DNA of 64,000 nucleotides from contig NC_073386.1 in NCBI RefSeq assembly GCF_028641065.1, positions 31,620,001 through 31,684,000 of the forward strand, written 5' to 3'. Under the pieces are notes generated by a model. The model did no database searches and was not told the origin of the DNA. It worked only from the letters and a program-made list of their open reading frames with translations. The DNA comes from Leucoraja erinacea (Eukaryota). The position numbers and the translations under genes are program-made. This document shows positions 1-12,666 of this stretch, in pieces (position 1 is the first letter of the stretch; each line of letters opens with the position of its first letter).

Positions 1-369
1 AATTTTACAATTGTATAATTGGAATGTTTTATCAAAATCAATAATTCGGAAAGTCACTTTACACAGCAGATCACAAAATACAAACGTCACTCAAAACTAC
101 AGTCATGAATGAAAGTTTTGTGCCTTTTAAATTCCAGATACATGTTGTTAAATATTTTATGGTATTAAATGACAATAGCGATTTCACTAATATGTGGTCA
201 ATGAATTTGATTTTCCTTATGTTTTCCTGCATGAGTCTCATTACAAAACAGATGACATGGCTATTTATAAAATAAGTAGTTTAGATGAGAATTACAGTAA
301 GTAAATAGTGGAAAGTTGAAGATTGTTGCGAACCAAAAGTTCATTGTTAATTCGACTTCTAAATTAGTA

Positions 370-500
370 CAGGTGTCAGAGGATATGGGGAGAAGGCAGG
401 AGAATGTGGTTAGGAGGGAGAGATAGATCAGGCGTGATTGAATGGTAGAGTAGACTTGATGGCCTAATTCTATTATTCCTTATGACGTATGACTTATGAC
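370..500 (+). mobile_element. CR1 (HER1-type) LINE 3' tail fragment
   Basis: ggatatggggagaaggcaggag...gattgaatgg...ttatgac short-repeat tail; same tail type as the CR1 copy at 51913-53051. Confidence 0.75.
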
Positions 501-639
501 ATATTAATGCAAGATTTAAGGATTTTGAGTTTAGATGAATGGTGCATACTTTATTGTTACCGATCGAAAGGATAGTATATAAATACAGACATTGTCAGAA
601 GAAGTCAAGCAGCATCTGTGGAGAGAGAAACACAGAGCT

Positions 640-925
640 GCCGCTTTGCTGTGCCAGAGGCCCGGATTTGATCTTGGTGTCTGTGTGGAGTTTGCACATT
701 CTCCCTGTGACCGCACATTAGGTGCTCTGATTTCCTCCCACATCCCAAAGTCATGAGAGTTTATAGGTTAACTGTAAATTGAGGGTTTATACGTTAACTG
801 TAAATTGCTTCTAGTGTGCAGGGAGTGAATGCAAAATGGAATAACTTAGAACTAGTGTAAACAGCAGATCAATGGTGGGCATGGACTCAGAGGGCTGAAG
901 GGTCTGTGTCCATGCTGGATCTTTC
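640..925 (+). mobile_element. HE1/V-type tRNA-derived SINE, degraded
   Basis: B-box-like gatttgatct, ggagtttgcacattctccctgtgacc core, CR1-like tail gggctgaagggtctgtgtccatgctg. Confidence 0.75.
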
Positions 926-954
926 AATCAACGTTTACAGATCATTACATTTCA

Positions 955-1040
955 AATAATAATAATAATAATAATAATCTTTATTTATATAGCACTTTTC
1001 AACAAAACCTGTATTTGAACCAAAGTGCTTTACAGAGATT
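955..1040 (-). mobile_element. L2-type 3' tail with (AAT)n
   Basis: (aat)n then ctttatttatatagcactttt...aaagtgctttacag; resembles the tail at 19893-19970. Confidence 0.6.
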
Positions 1041-1294
1041 GGTTAAATTAATTGAACAGATCAAATGTCAATATATCCATACAAAACAAAAAAGAGAAAA
1101 AAGAAAAAAGGCACAGAACAGTACACTATAAAAATCAACATGAAACGTCCCCCCACAGCAGAATTCACTGTGAGGGAAGGCACTAAAAATATCCAGTTCT
1201 CCCCCTCATAGTCCACCCGAGGTCGGGGTCTATATGTGGCCTCCTCAGCCAACTCGATATTCCCTGGCCCTCTGCCGCGAAGCTGGATCATCGG

Positions 1295-1443
1295 AAAATA
1301 GCCCTTGCTTTCCCTCTCTCTCCATCTCCCCTCCCTTCCCAGTTCTCCCATCAGCCTGACTGCCTCCGACTACATTCTATCTCTGTCCCGCCCACTCCTC
1401 TAACATCAGTCTGAAGAAGGGTCTTGATCTGAAACGTCACCTG
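1295..1443 (+). mobile_element. Penelope-like 3' region/pLTR fragment with minimal hammerhead core
   Basis: Pyrimidine-rich tract then CTGAAGA(1411-1417)agggtcttgatctGAAACGTC(1431-1438); same layout as 33640-33840. Confidence 0.7.
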
Positions 1444-1467
1444 GTTAAATGACAAAAAAGAGGGACC

Positions 1468-1711
1468 GGGAGACCCGGGTTTGATCCTGGCTACGGGTGC
1501 TGTCTGTACGGAGTTTGTACATTCTCCCCGTGACCTGCATGGGTTTTCTCCCACATTCCAAAGACATACAGGCTTGTAGGTTAATTGGGTTGGTAAATGT
1601 AAAAATTGTCCCTGGTCGATGTAGGATAGTGTTAATATGCGGGGATCACTGGTTGGTGCAGACCCGGTGGGCCGAAGGGCCTGTGCCACTCTATCTCTAA
1701 ACTAAACTAAA
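1468..1711 (+). mobile_element. HE1/V-type SINE
   Basis: gagacccgggtttgatcc B box, central core, tail gggccgaagggcctgt...ctaaactaaactaaa. Confidence 0.85.
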
Positions 1712-1939
1712 AACGAAAACACCAGGAAATGTTGGAGGTTCTCACTGAGTTAGGCAGCATCTGTGATGATGTGATGATTTACATTACTCGGCTCTTACTG
1801 CGGGAAGTTGCTGGACCTCCTGCTGAACATGTCCAACATTTTATATTTTTTATTTCAGTTTTGCTGTAAATAATTAGAGATATTCAGCATGATTATGTCC
1901 ATGGGAAGTCATGTTTCAGAAATTCACAAATTCACAAAT

Positions 1940-2073
1940 GCACGGTGGCGCAGCAATAGATTTGCTGCATTACAGCTCCTGAGACCCAGGTTTGATCCTG
2001 ACCACGGGTGCTGTCTTTACGGAGTTTGTGTACTCTCCCTGTGACCGCATGGGTTTTCTCCGGGTGCTTCGGG
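1940..2073 (+). mobile_element. HE1/V-type SINE 5' half, truncated
   Basis: A box ggtggcgcagcaatag, B box ggtttgatcc, core; breaks into a GA-rich tract. Confidence 0.8.
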
Positions 2074-2290
2074 AAGGGGTAGAAGGGGGAGAGAGGGGAG
2101 GGGAGAGAGAGAGAGGGGGAGAAGGGGGAGAGAGAGGGGGAGGAGAGAGAGGGGGGGAGAGAGAAGGGGGGTAGAGAGGATGGGGGCGAGAGGAGGGGGG
2201 AGAGAGGAGAAGGGAGGAGAGGGGAGGGTGAAGAGGTGGAGGGGGGAAGAGGAGGAGGGGGAAAGGAGGAGGGGGAGAGGAGGAGGGGAG
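2074..2290. repeat. G/A-rich low-complexity tract (G-quadruplex/triplex prone)
   Basis: Almost purely purine with many G-runs; source of the spurious Pro/Ser- and Gly/Arg-rich ORFs. Confidence 0.9.
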
Positions 2291-3111
2291 CCAGGCGGGC
2301 GAGCGGGCTGCTGGGTGCATGGCGAGTGGGCGGCGGAGACGCGAGGGAGGCGGCGTGCGGGCGCGATCTGAGGATGGTCAAAAGCAGCAGAGGGCCGGCC
2401 GATTGTGGCTTCCATGGGGGGAAGCCCACCCACCAGCATGATAGACGAACGGGCGGGGGAGACGGAGAGGAGGTTGTCCCCATGACGGCCAGAGATCGCC
2501 AGGTGGGATCGGGATCACCAACGAGGAAAAAGCGTCATGATTCCCCGGGTCCCTGGGATCGACGGAGGAAGCGCATGTCTCCATAGATGGCCTCTCCCAG
2601 AGGGAGTAATGACCATCACAGGCACCTTCCCATCACGCTACCCCACACCCTCACCTGCGCGCCGATAACGACCACCGCCGCCATGTTCTAGAACTTCAAG
2701 GAGCCCAGCGGTGCGCGCAGCTTGACCTGAGCAGCAGTTTATAAACGCTAAGTGACGAATTTAAAGAAGTAAAAGTTAGGAAGCCAAGAAGTACAGAAGG
2801 CAGAACAGGGGTGATGTCACTCGCAGCGTGAGCAGAGGCAGTCAGATCCATTGTGACATCATCAGTGAGATCATCTCGTTTATTTTTTGTTATTTGAGAT
2901 TTGTGAACATTTTCATAAATAACTCGAGAAATAATGCATGAAATTTTCAGATAAGGCGATTTTTTACATCATGGCGTAAATCTCTATCGGAATATGTAAA
3001 AATTTCACCGATAGCGCATTGTGTTTTCGAGGAGGTGTGAAACGCACACGAACATCACAGACACACACAAATACACACACATCCAAGATCAGAGTTTTAT
3101 AAGTATAGAGA
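2074..3111 (-). mobile_element. Non-autonomous Helitron-like element (5' TC end at 3111; other end not located)
   Basis: Minus strand begins A|TCTCTATACTTATAAAACTC followed by a (TG)-rich microsatellite, a layout typical of animal non-autonomous Helitrons; GC-rich interior. Confidence 0.55.
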
Positions 3112-3119
3112 TATATTTA

Positions 3120-4075
3120 AAGGCAACCTTTTTCCACATGGAGGGTAAGTGGATGAGCTGCTAGGGGAATTGGTAGACGTGGTACAATAGGTTGTTTCAC
3201 TAAAGGTCACTGGAGCCTAGATCCGCACCCACGTGACCAAAATTCTCAAGTGGAGGACACTCGAGGGTTCCGGTACATGTTAGTGGATGGGAAAAAACGC
3301 ATTTTCCCACCCGTTAAAAACATAGAAAACGGCGAGGTTGTGAGCTGCAATTTACTGTGCCAGTCGGGGTGACCGTGAGGCACAGCTACCTAGATTTACA
3401 GGAAATAAAAAAGATAGCAAGTAAGGTAAATTCAAGAGGGAACTGAAGGTGCCAAACCGGCGGAAGTGAACAGCCGACATGTGCCGTGGATATTTAAAGG
3501 TCCAAAATATCGGGAATTATCGCGTTTGCTCGCTGAATTTCATCAAAAATAAGTTAATAATGCCTTACTTTTGATGAAATTCAGCGAGCAAACGCGATAA
3601 TTCCCGATATTTTGGACCTTTAAATATCCACGGCAAATGTCGGCTGTTCACTTCCGCCGGTTTGGCACCTTCAGTTCCCTCTTGAATTTACCTTACTTGC
3701 TATCTTTTTTTTTTCCTGTAAATCTAGGTAGCTGTGCCTCACGGTCACCCCGACTGGCACAGTAAATTGCAGCTCACAACCTCGCCGTTTTCTATGTTTT
3801 TAACGGGTGGGAAAATGCGTTTTTTCCCATCCACTAACATGTACCGGAACCCTCGAGTGTCCTCCACTTGAGAATTTTGGTCACGTGGGTGCGGATCTAC
3901 ACTCCAGTGACCTTTAGTGAAATCACCCTATTACGTTGTTAAAGAGACATACGGCCAGATACAAGGAAAGTAATGGTTTGGAGGGACATGGCCTAAACAT
4001 TGACAAAAGCTTAAGTAGACAATTCAGTCGGCATTTATGTTGATCCAAAAGGGCCTGTTTCCATGCTGTATTTAT
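3120..4075 (+). mobile_element. Degraded CR1 3' end split by the palindromic insertion
   Basis: aggcaacctttttccac...ggtacaat | attacgttgttaaagagacat...aagggcctgtttccatgctgta reads as one CR1 tail once 3189-3929 is removed. Confidence 0.7.
3189..3929. mobile_element. 741 bp foldback (palindromic) non-autonomous DNA transposon
   Basis: Arms ~3189-3553 and ~3564-3929 are reverse complements with only a few mismatches; ~10 nt spacer; flanked by AT (3187-3188 and 3930-3931). Confidence 0.92.
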
Positions 4076-5033
4076 ATATCTATATTGTGTTTTGCTGAAT
4101 AGCATTGTTAATAGGACTAGAAGCAAGACATGGCCTAAGGGAAAGTTTATGAATAAGATGGCATACTGTGCGATGTGACATTTTCCACTTGTGTAAGTAA
4201 ATAGATTCCTCACACATGTTGCTTCAATTTATCTAATAGCTTAGGAAGAAAACATGTGGTTAGACATTCAAATTACTTCACAGTAAGATTACTACTCAGA
4301 ACAGAGGTTTTGATCAAATTGCCTCATTTTAAACAGTATATGTTTGCTTACCAGTACAAAACAAATCTCATGCCATAATGTACAAACGTCTGGTGAAATT
4401 GGTTTAGGCAAGATGATATATGTTAAGAAATTAAGTGGGAGGATTGGTGCCTCTATAGACATTTATCATCCTTTTCTATGCTGACTTTTTCATAGTTCTG
4501 TACAAAACCTGGCTGATTTTGAGCTCTGTGTTTTTGTTTGCACGCTTTGCAGCCACAAAAGGGAGTGATGGGTATGTTTTTATTGCCAACATTGCCTCAT
4601 AGATTGCTAATTAGTTACTGTTGAACATATAACATCAAGGCCAGGTCTTTCTGATTTCTAACTACCTTATCATCTTGAAGCCTTTTTTCCATTGTGCAGT
4701 CCCAGAATTATGCAAGGGTTCCCCTCACCTCCTGCCATGAAGTTTGATGAGAGACTAATTTTGATCGACTGAAAAATGCTAAGCTCTCAGCTGCTCTGAA
4801 CATTCCTGGAATCTTGCTGGGAATGCAACTTGTATCCATGCCTTAAAATTCAATTGGTTGCATGGTCTTGGTGGTTCTTGGGGAGATGACATGGTTGGGA
4901 GATTGTGGAATAGATTCCCTATCCTCTCTTGTTTCCCAACAATCACAATTGACCAAGATTCCCAAGGAGCTGTGTGATCAGAAACTTTTTCTGATTTCCA
5001 GTGTGTATTACACTATTGTGTTTTTTTGCTTCA

Positions 5034-5656
5034 AGGGCCTGCCTGTCCCACTTTAGCGACTTTTTAGGCGAGTGCAGGGGACTCTGCGCTTGCCTCATGA
5101 TCGCCACATGATCGCCACATGTTCGCTGGTGGTCTCTGGCGAGTCTCCTTCGTGGTCGAGAGGAGTTCCCGCGTTCTGGGAACTAGTCGCGGCCTCGATA
5201 TGGTCGCAACACATTTTTCAATATGGAGAAAATCAATACTTTTGTAGTCGTAGGTGCAGTAGTAGTGGAGTCGGCATGTCGTTGTTGGTAGTTGAGGCAG
5301 CCGTAGGTAGTTTTAGTTAAGCTCCTTTGCTGACCGGGCATTTTCATACACGAGTTTACAGAACCAAGGAAAACTGACCGGTAAAGTTAAATGCCCGCTA
5401 AACTTTACAGCTGTGTATCTCTTGCTTATTAAAAGTTGGCTGGCTTCTTAAAAGTGTCTCCACTCCTTCTCCTCCCCCCCCTCTCCTCCCCCCCCCCCCC
5501 CCCCCCCCCCCCTCCTCCCCCCCCCTCCTCCCCCCTCCCCGCTCTTTTTAAAGGACTTACCGTACACTGTGCAAGCCGTCTTTAACCTTCCTGTTCATCG
5601 CTGCGTGTGTCTGTATCACCTTGGCTTTGCACCATGTGACTTTCAGACAGAGCGGG

Positions 5657-5721
<65 letters not shown>

Positions 5722-5756
5722 TGTGTGTGTGTGTGTGTGTGTTCCGCTCAGGCCCT
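5034..5756. mobile_element. PIF/Harbinger-type non-autonomous element containing poly-C and (GT)n
   Basis: Left end agggcct(gcct)gtcccactt resembles the terminus at 41439; right end caggccct|taa. Confidence 0.7.
5659..5742. repeat. (GT)n microsatellite
   Basis: Direct reading; short GC interruption. Confidence 0.98.
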
Positions 5757-8700
5757 TAACATTCACACCTTAATTTACTGTCATGTCTGCTTTCCATCAA
5801 TACCTGCCAGCTACTAAAAGACGGATAATATATTAATCTCAAAAATGCTCATATTCTTTATTGGTTTCTTAAATTCCTTCCAGTATTTTTCAGCTATTAA
5901 ACAAAAAACATCACAATATTATGAATATTCCGATGAGAAAACCCACGCACATTTCTTTGTTTAGGGTTAAGGTGAATTAGCCAGCTAATTTATTTGGTTT
6001 ATAGTGACTGCTTGGCATTTCAAACATCTGGACAAGTTATCAATAACATTCTCCTCCTCTCTATCAAATCCTCCGAAGATTGTCAAGATTCAGATTTCTC
6101 ATTGATTTTGTGGATTTGTTGATGTTAGAGTGAGAACAAGATCAGTTAACCAGCCTATGGGAGTCAACAAGGCCATATAAATATAATGAAGCTCTGCCTT
6201 AAGCTTTGTACTTGAACTCATGCCATCTTGTTTCCAGGGTGAGAGGAAGCGGAGGGTTAAATCCATAAGGTGCATTGCTAAGACTCGTCAGCAACCTATA
6301 CGGTTGAGCTGATGGAGAGACAACCCTCATGCTATCAAGTGGCACATAGGACAGGGAAGCCTTTGTCAGTAAGCTGCAGGTTCAACAGGAAATTTCACAA
6401 CACCAAGTGGCCGACTGATGAGAAAGTCCACAGCACCATGCCATATGTTGGACAAGGAAGCCCTGAGCACCAGGCCACTAGTTGAATAAAAAGGTCGATA
6501 GCACCTTACAATTACTAGTATATTGCCTAAATGAGGGGGTGAATCAACAAGTACTCTTGTGATGAACTGGCTATTTATGACTTTTCCATCTGTAAATTCT
6601 GTATAGGTAGATTATAGAACAGCAGTACCTCTCTCCCTTCTGCCAAAGGATCGCCAACCTGACATTTCGTCTCTGTTTCTCTTCCCACAGATGCGACTTG
6701 ACTTGCTGAGTATGTCCAACATTTTCGCTTTTGGTTTTAGAATTTTATTTTCACCTTTCTCTCTTTCTTTGAAAAGCTATTTGTTCGGTCATTTGTTGGC
6801 CATTTATTCTTTCCAATTGGCATCTCCCTGTCTCCTTGCAAAAGCCCTGAGATATTTTCCCTGAAAAAGATGACGTAGAGATGCGTGTTCTAGTTAATAC
6901 TGGCATAGTGTGAGAACAGAAGCTTGCTTTGCGGGCTGGCTCAAGCTCCTGAGAATTTCCAAAGCATTGCATTATGTTTCTACATTACAAAAAAACTATG
7001 CCTTGAATGAAGGTTATAAAAGATACAACTGCAAGGTCAATGTCTATACAAAGCCAACAACAAAGAGAATTTATTCACATTGGTATTTCTCCAGAGTTTT
7101 GGTACACTACACTGGCGTTTCATTCTGATAGTGAAGAAGATAAATGAGTGAACTGTAAAACACAGTCACAAATGTACAGACATATTTCAACCTAATTTGA
7201 ATGTATCAGATGTCAGACTTTGCAGATATTTTTATTGGAACCAGGAAACAAAGCGATGGGTTTGCAGGAGCCCAGGTTGCACCATCAAAATTCGCTTTTT
7301 TTGTTTTAATTGAATTAAACTGGATTTAGGTGTATGTTGCAATGAATAATCCACATTCAATCCTTTTAAAGGGATCAATCTTTGCTTCCAAATAACAAAT
7401 GGGCATTTTGGTTTATAGTGGTTATTTATGAGCACTCAAATTGTTTATCTAAGCATTTGTATTAATGCCAGTCTTTGCATCTGGTCATTTGTTCTAATGA
7501 AATAAATATAGCAGGTATAGAAGGTGGGTATGATAAACAGAGAGTGACAGAAAAGAACAAAGTGTATAACACAGCACAGTACCAATTTTGGTAAATATAA
7601 GGAAAAATTATGCGAAAATTGAAATTAATTAGATGAAATGGTGCTAGAAATGGAGATAAAATGGTTTGATCTATCAGCCAGAGATGTAAAATGATCAAAA
7701 CAATGAAACAAAAATGCCATTTTAGAAACAGAGGATGGAATAAATAGTTGGTAGGTCTCTTGAGAATGAAGAACATTAGGACAGTGGTGAGAGAGGATAT
7801 TGTTTCAGAATATTAGGAAGTACAATCAGTTTTGTAGAGACAAGGAATAATACTGCACATCAATCACTTGTGTGTGTCAAAAAGAAACCCGATAGTACTT
7901 ACACTGAGAAATAGTGGTAACAAAATCAATGCAATAATGGTATAAACTCAGCAAATTAATTTGTCAAAGGTAGTCTTGAGGACAAGTTCGTGGAATACAT
8001 TCTCAAGAGATTACTAAAACAAAAATGTGGTGGACCAAACTAACGAATGAGCAACTTTAGATCTATTCATTTATGATGAGACAGGGGTGCCTAATAAAAA
8101 AATGTTAATGAATTCCATGAGGATATATGATCATAACATTACAACATTTCTCAATCAATTTGAGAGTGACAACCTTGAATCTGCAACTAGAATTTTCAAT
8201 TTAGATAAAACCAATTACATAGAGATAAGAGAAAATTGTCCACAATAGAGAAGGTGCTTGGGAAGCTGGAAGGTCTGAAGGTGGATAGTTACCTGGACCA
8301 GCAGGACTAAACCCCATGGTTCTAAAAAAGGTAGTTATTGAGATTGTGGAGGCAGCTGTGGTGACCTTTCAAGAATCACTAGTCAGGAATGGTTCCAGAG
8401 GGCTGGAAAATCACAAATGTAACACCACTATTTAAAAGGGAAATCTTGTTACGGTTAAGACCTTGGAGATTCTGCCTGATAAATGTGTTGGAATTTTTTT
8501 GAGGAAATATCAAGCAGCATAGATAAAGGAGAGTCAGTGATTGGTGTTTACATGGATTTTCAGCCAAGATTTTCTGAGTGGCAGAAAGCAAAAACTGGGA
8601 ATAAAGGAGCTGTTCTGGTTGGCTGCTGGTGACTAGTGGTGTTCTGTGTGGGCCAGTGCTGGTCTGCTACTGTTCATATTATATGTTAATAATGTGAATG

Positions 8701-9199
8701 ATGGAATTGATGACTTTGTGACCAATTTTCCAGATGATTCAATGACAGGTGGAGCGACAGGGAGGGTTGAGGAAGCAGGAAGTCTGCAGGACATGGACAG
8801 GTTGTGACAGAGGACAAAAAAGTGGCAAATGGAATCCAGCACAGCAAAGCATACAGTCATTCCCTTTGCTAGTAAGAGTAAAGGCTTTCAAAACGGGGAG
8901 AGGATTCAGAAATCAGAGGTGCAAAGGGTCATGGGTGTGCTTGTGCAGGATTCCCAAAAGGTTAATTAGCAGATTGAGTTGGTGATAAGGATGGAAAATG
9001 CAATGCTAACATTCATTTTGTGGGAATGAGAATATAAAATCAAGGATATAATGCTGAGGCCTTGGAAGGCACTGGTCAGACCACATTTGGAATATTGTTA
9101 AATAAAATGAATAAAATTACACAATTTTATTGTGTAATAAGCAACCTCCAGTCCTTCTGCCAATTCTCTTCGACTCTCCAATACAATGGCATGAAAAAT

Positions 9200-9453
9200 C
9201 ATTGACTTGGCGACCGTTTTGCTGAAGACACATGCTCAGATCGGCAAGGCCTACCGATCTTCCGGTTGCTAAGCACTTTAACTCCTCTTCCCATTCCCAC
9301 ACTGACTTTTCTGTCCTGGGCCTCCTCCATTGCCAGAGTGAGGCCACACTCAAATGGGAGGAATTGAACCTCATATTTCGCTTGGTTAGCTTACAACCCA
9401 GTGGAATGAACATTGAATTCTCCAATTGGATGTAACTTCTACAGATATCTCCC

Positions 9454-9489
<36 letters not shown>

Positions 9490-9500
9490 ACTCTACCCTA
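9200..9500 (+). mobile_element. Penelope-like element, GIY-YIG endonuclease C-terminal fragment
   Basis: ORF 9232-9435 PVAKHFNSSSHSHTDFSVLGL...EELNLIFRLVSLQPSGMN, typical Penelope GIY-YIG C-terminus. Confidence 0.85.
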
Positions 9501-10482
9501 CTCTTTTCAGGTCATTTTCAGGTTGCAAACAGTTACGTAGGGTGCCCAAGGTGCTAAGCCCTCAGCAATTGACATTTGATATTTAATGATTTAGATGTAA
9601 AGAATCCTGCACTAGCACTCCCATGTCCTATGAATCCTGCACTAGCACTTCCAATTTCTGAATCCTATCCCCATTTAGAAAGTAGCCTGTGCCATCCAAG
9701 CTTGCTGGCAACACAAAGGCAAGTGCAAAAATATGTTGGAGACACTAAAAAGTGCACATGCTGGAATCTTGAACAAAACCTAAGTTCTGAAGGGACCCAG
9801 TGGCAGACAGCATCTATGGAGGAAATGGACAGACAATGTTTCAGGTTGGGACCCTTCTTGACTCAGAAAATAAATTATGAGGCCGACTCAAAGTGAATAT
9901 AAAGGACTCTACACATGTGAAATGAATAACCAAAATAGATAAAAGATTGAGTATAATGTGGGAAATGTAAGATAATGCACTTTGGTGGAAATAATTCAAA
10001 ACACAATGTTATTTAACTGATGTGGACCGCTAAATATTAGTAATTAAGAACGAGCTGGGCACCCTGGAGCAAATCGTACTGAAAGATGGCATGCAGGTGC
10101 ATCACATTATTAGGAAGGGAAATGGAACTTTATCACAAGTGCAGGCTACTCCAACTATTTGGGGCTTTGCTGACACCACATCTAGATGACAGCAAACAGT
10201 TTTGGTTTTGGATATACTGGCTTTTGAGATTATTGAACAAAAACTCGAGATTCATGAGATGGGAAGACAATCCTATAATGAATGTTCAAGCACATCGGTA
10301 TTCATAAAAGTGAGTGGTGTTATTATTATTATACATTATATACCGAGGTGGTTTGACAGAGTAGGTGGTCCAAGGATGTTTGACCTTTTGTGTATTTTTT
10401 TAATTCAGGGAATTGGTTTGAGGATTACGTTTCAGCCACTTGCATTAGATCTGGGGTGCAGTTGAATTTTTTTCTCTCAGAA

Positions 10483-10775
10483 GTTTAGAGATACAGCATG
10501 GAAACAAGCCCTTCAGCCCACCGAGTCCATGGCGACCACCGATCCCCATGGCTAAACACTATCCTACACACTAGAGAAATTTACAATTTTTACCAAAGCA
10601 AATCAATCTACAAACCAGTGCCTCTTTGGAGTGTGGGAGGAAACCGGAATACCCGAGGAAAACCCACGTGGTCACGGGGAGAAAGTACAAACTCCATCCA
10701 CACAGAACATATAGTCAGAACCGAATCCGGGTCTCTGGCGTTGTAAGGCAGCAACTCTACCGCTGCGCCACCGCA
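10483..10775 (-). mobile_element. HE1/V-type SINE, full length
   Basis: Reverse complement of the SINE: gtttagagatacagcatggaaacaagccc...ctctaccgctgcgccaccg. Confidence 0.9.
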
Positions 10776-12439
10776 CCGCTTCTAAGCAGTGCAATGCCCA
10801 GAATGTTGTGAAACTTTGAAATTCTCTACCTCAGACAGTCGTGGACATTATGTCGTTGAGTAAATAAGATGATGATACTTAAGACCAAAGGAGAATCAAG
10901 GGCTACAGCCGATATGAAGTAGAATTGAGGGCAAATCTGTGATCAGTCATGATCTCACTGAAAAACAGAGCAGGCTCAAGAAGTCATGTTGGCTGCAGAA
11001 GCACCCGTTCTGTCTGTTATGTTCAATTCTGTGTGTGCTGTTTGAAATGAGGTTTAGCTAGAGATACAGTATTATCTTTGTTGAAAACCTTTCCACTTTG
11101 TTTTTCAAAATGTAAGTGTATAACACCTCTTCATAATCCCAAGACATTGCAGTGAAATGATTAAACCTCAGACTCCTGACAGGAAATGAACACAGCCAGT
11201 TCTCTCTTTGCAATCTCCCATTTCTTTCTCCTTTACCGTTTATCGTATTTTGCAATTTATTGATGCTGCTCTTGTTAGCAATGCATGCTTTATTTTTCAT
11301 TTCTCCAATGATTGAAACTAGGATGTACTTCACTTTTGCCCTTTCATGCAACCTGCTTTTCTCACCAGAAAAGATCCTCCGTCACATCTCAAGGACACAA
11401 TGCGGTAACATTTGCTGGCTCTATTCATTTAAGAACACCATTATTAATTGAATTCATAATTTGACTATTAATAGAAAACACCAACAATAAAAGTTGCCTT
11501 TGCATTTTGTATTTGTCCTTCATTAATGATAATGCTGGTCAAAGGTGTGTGACCTCTATCGACCATCAGAAGTTTCATTGGTAACAGCATAATGAACATG
11601 GTCCCACCGATTGCAGTACTTAATGCAACGTTGCAGGCATGTCACATGGAATAATAAATAGTTTGAGGTTGACAGCAAGCATCACTCACTATTTCATCGT
11701 CATCAAATAAATTCAGATGAAGTCGAATAGCTTTTTGCTGTTTGCTATAGACTCCTTAGATTGTAGTAAGTGGTGTTATCAGATATTTGTAGTTTATGGG
11801 AACACATATACAATTACATATATACTGCTGCCTAACATCTTAAAAAATAAATGAATGATCTATTATTAATCACTAAGCTAGTCAGCAATCAAAACAGAAC
11901 TTTCTGGACATTGTTGTACTTTGTGCTTTTATATACAGAGAAAATTGTATAACTATTTAGAATTGTGATTTCATGGATATGAGTTCATGGGCTGAATATT
12001 ATTGAAAAAAATTCAAATTATTTTTATCATTGTTGGAAAGTAAAGTTTTATTTTGTTAAATGTTCATTATCAATACACACACCATTATCACCTAGATCGT
12101 TCTCTTTTACATGCCCTGTGCAGCTAGCCATTCCTTTAATTCAATTTCTGCAAGGACTTCATTTGATTTTACACCACCGCTGAGCTGTGATGGCCACATC
12201 TGAGCTGGCAGTCGAGATGTTGCGATTTGGTTTAATGCCCCTAAATTTGAAATATTGAAAAATAGATATTGAAGTGTTAAATAATCAGCTTGGATTTCTG
12301 CTCCTAATTGCTGCTCCTAATTGCTATCCTGTTGCTCAATAATTGAAGGCACTGCACTGCCACTACTGTACTGGATATATGATGGTTCTCAGTAGGGGGG
12401 AAAGAATACAAAATCAGGGGACTTAATTAAATATTATGT

Positions 12440-12666
12440 TGTAGTGGTGTCTACTGGCGCACGCAGATATCGAACCCGGCGTTCGGAAGCCGCGGTCATG
12501 TGATTCGGGAGGGGCTGCTTGTTTTCGCGCGGTTTTGCTTTCGCGCGGCAGTTCAGCACTGACCACCGATGTGGCCAGATGTGTCGAGAGAACCTGTGTA
12601 CTGAAAAGCGAACTTTCGAATAAAGATCCGTTTGAAAGTTCAGTTGTCGTTCTTGAGACTGCCAAA
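12440..12666 (+). mobile_element. Putative solo LTR (Gypsy-like), CpG-rich
   Basis: Starts TGTAGTGG, AATAAA at 12619-12624, flanked by ATGT at 12436-12439 and 12667-12670; terminal CA not intact. Confidence 0.6.

Larger units (their letters stand above)
7960..11020 (+). mobile_element. Old degraded CR1 LINE (ORF2 relic) with nested younger insertions
   Basis: Recognisable RT-region motifs (gtgactagtggtgttc, atatgttaataatgtgaatga, ggtcagaccacatttggaatattgt) with many stops and frameshifts; tail near 10900-11020. Confidence 0.65.

Noticed and set aside
1940-2010. tRNA-like A and B boxes
   Set aside because: Head of a SINE; no cloverleaf, so not a tRNA gene
1932-2586. Long Pro/Ser/Leu- and Gly/Arg-rich ORFs
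   Set aside because: Produced by the stop-free G/A low-complexity tract; no domain or splice support
5557-5817. HT/CV-repeat ORFs
   Set aside because: Translations of the (GT)n microsatellite
9602-9667. Repeated gaatcctgcactagcact units with short spacers
   Set aside because: Simple ~30 bp tandem duplication (2-3 units) in eukaryotic DNA; not a CRISPR array
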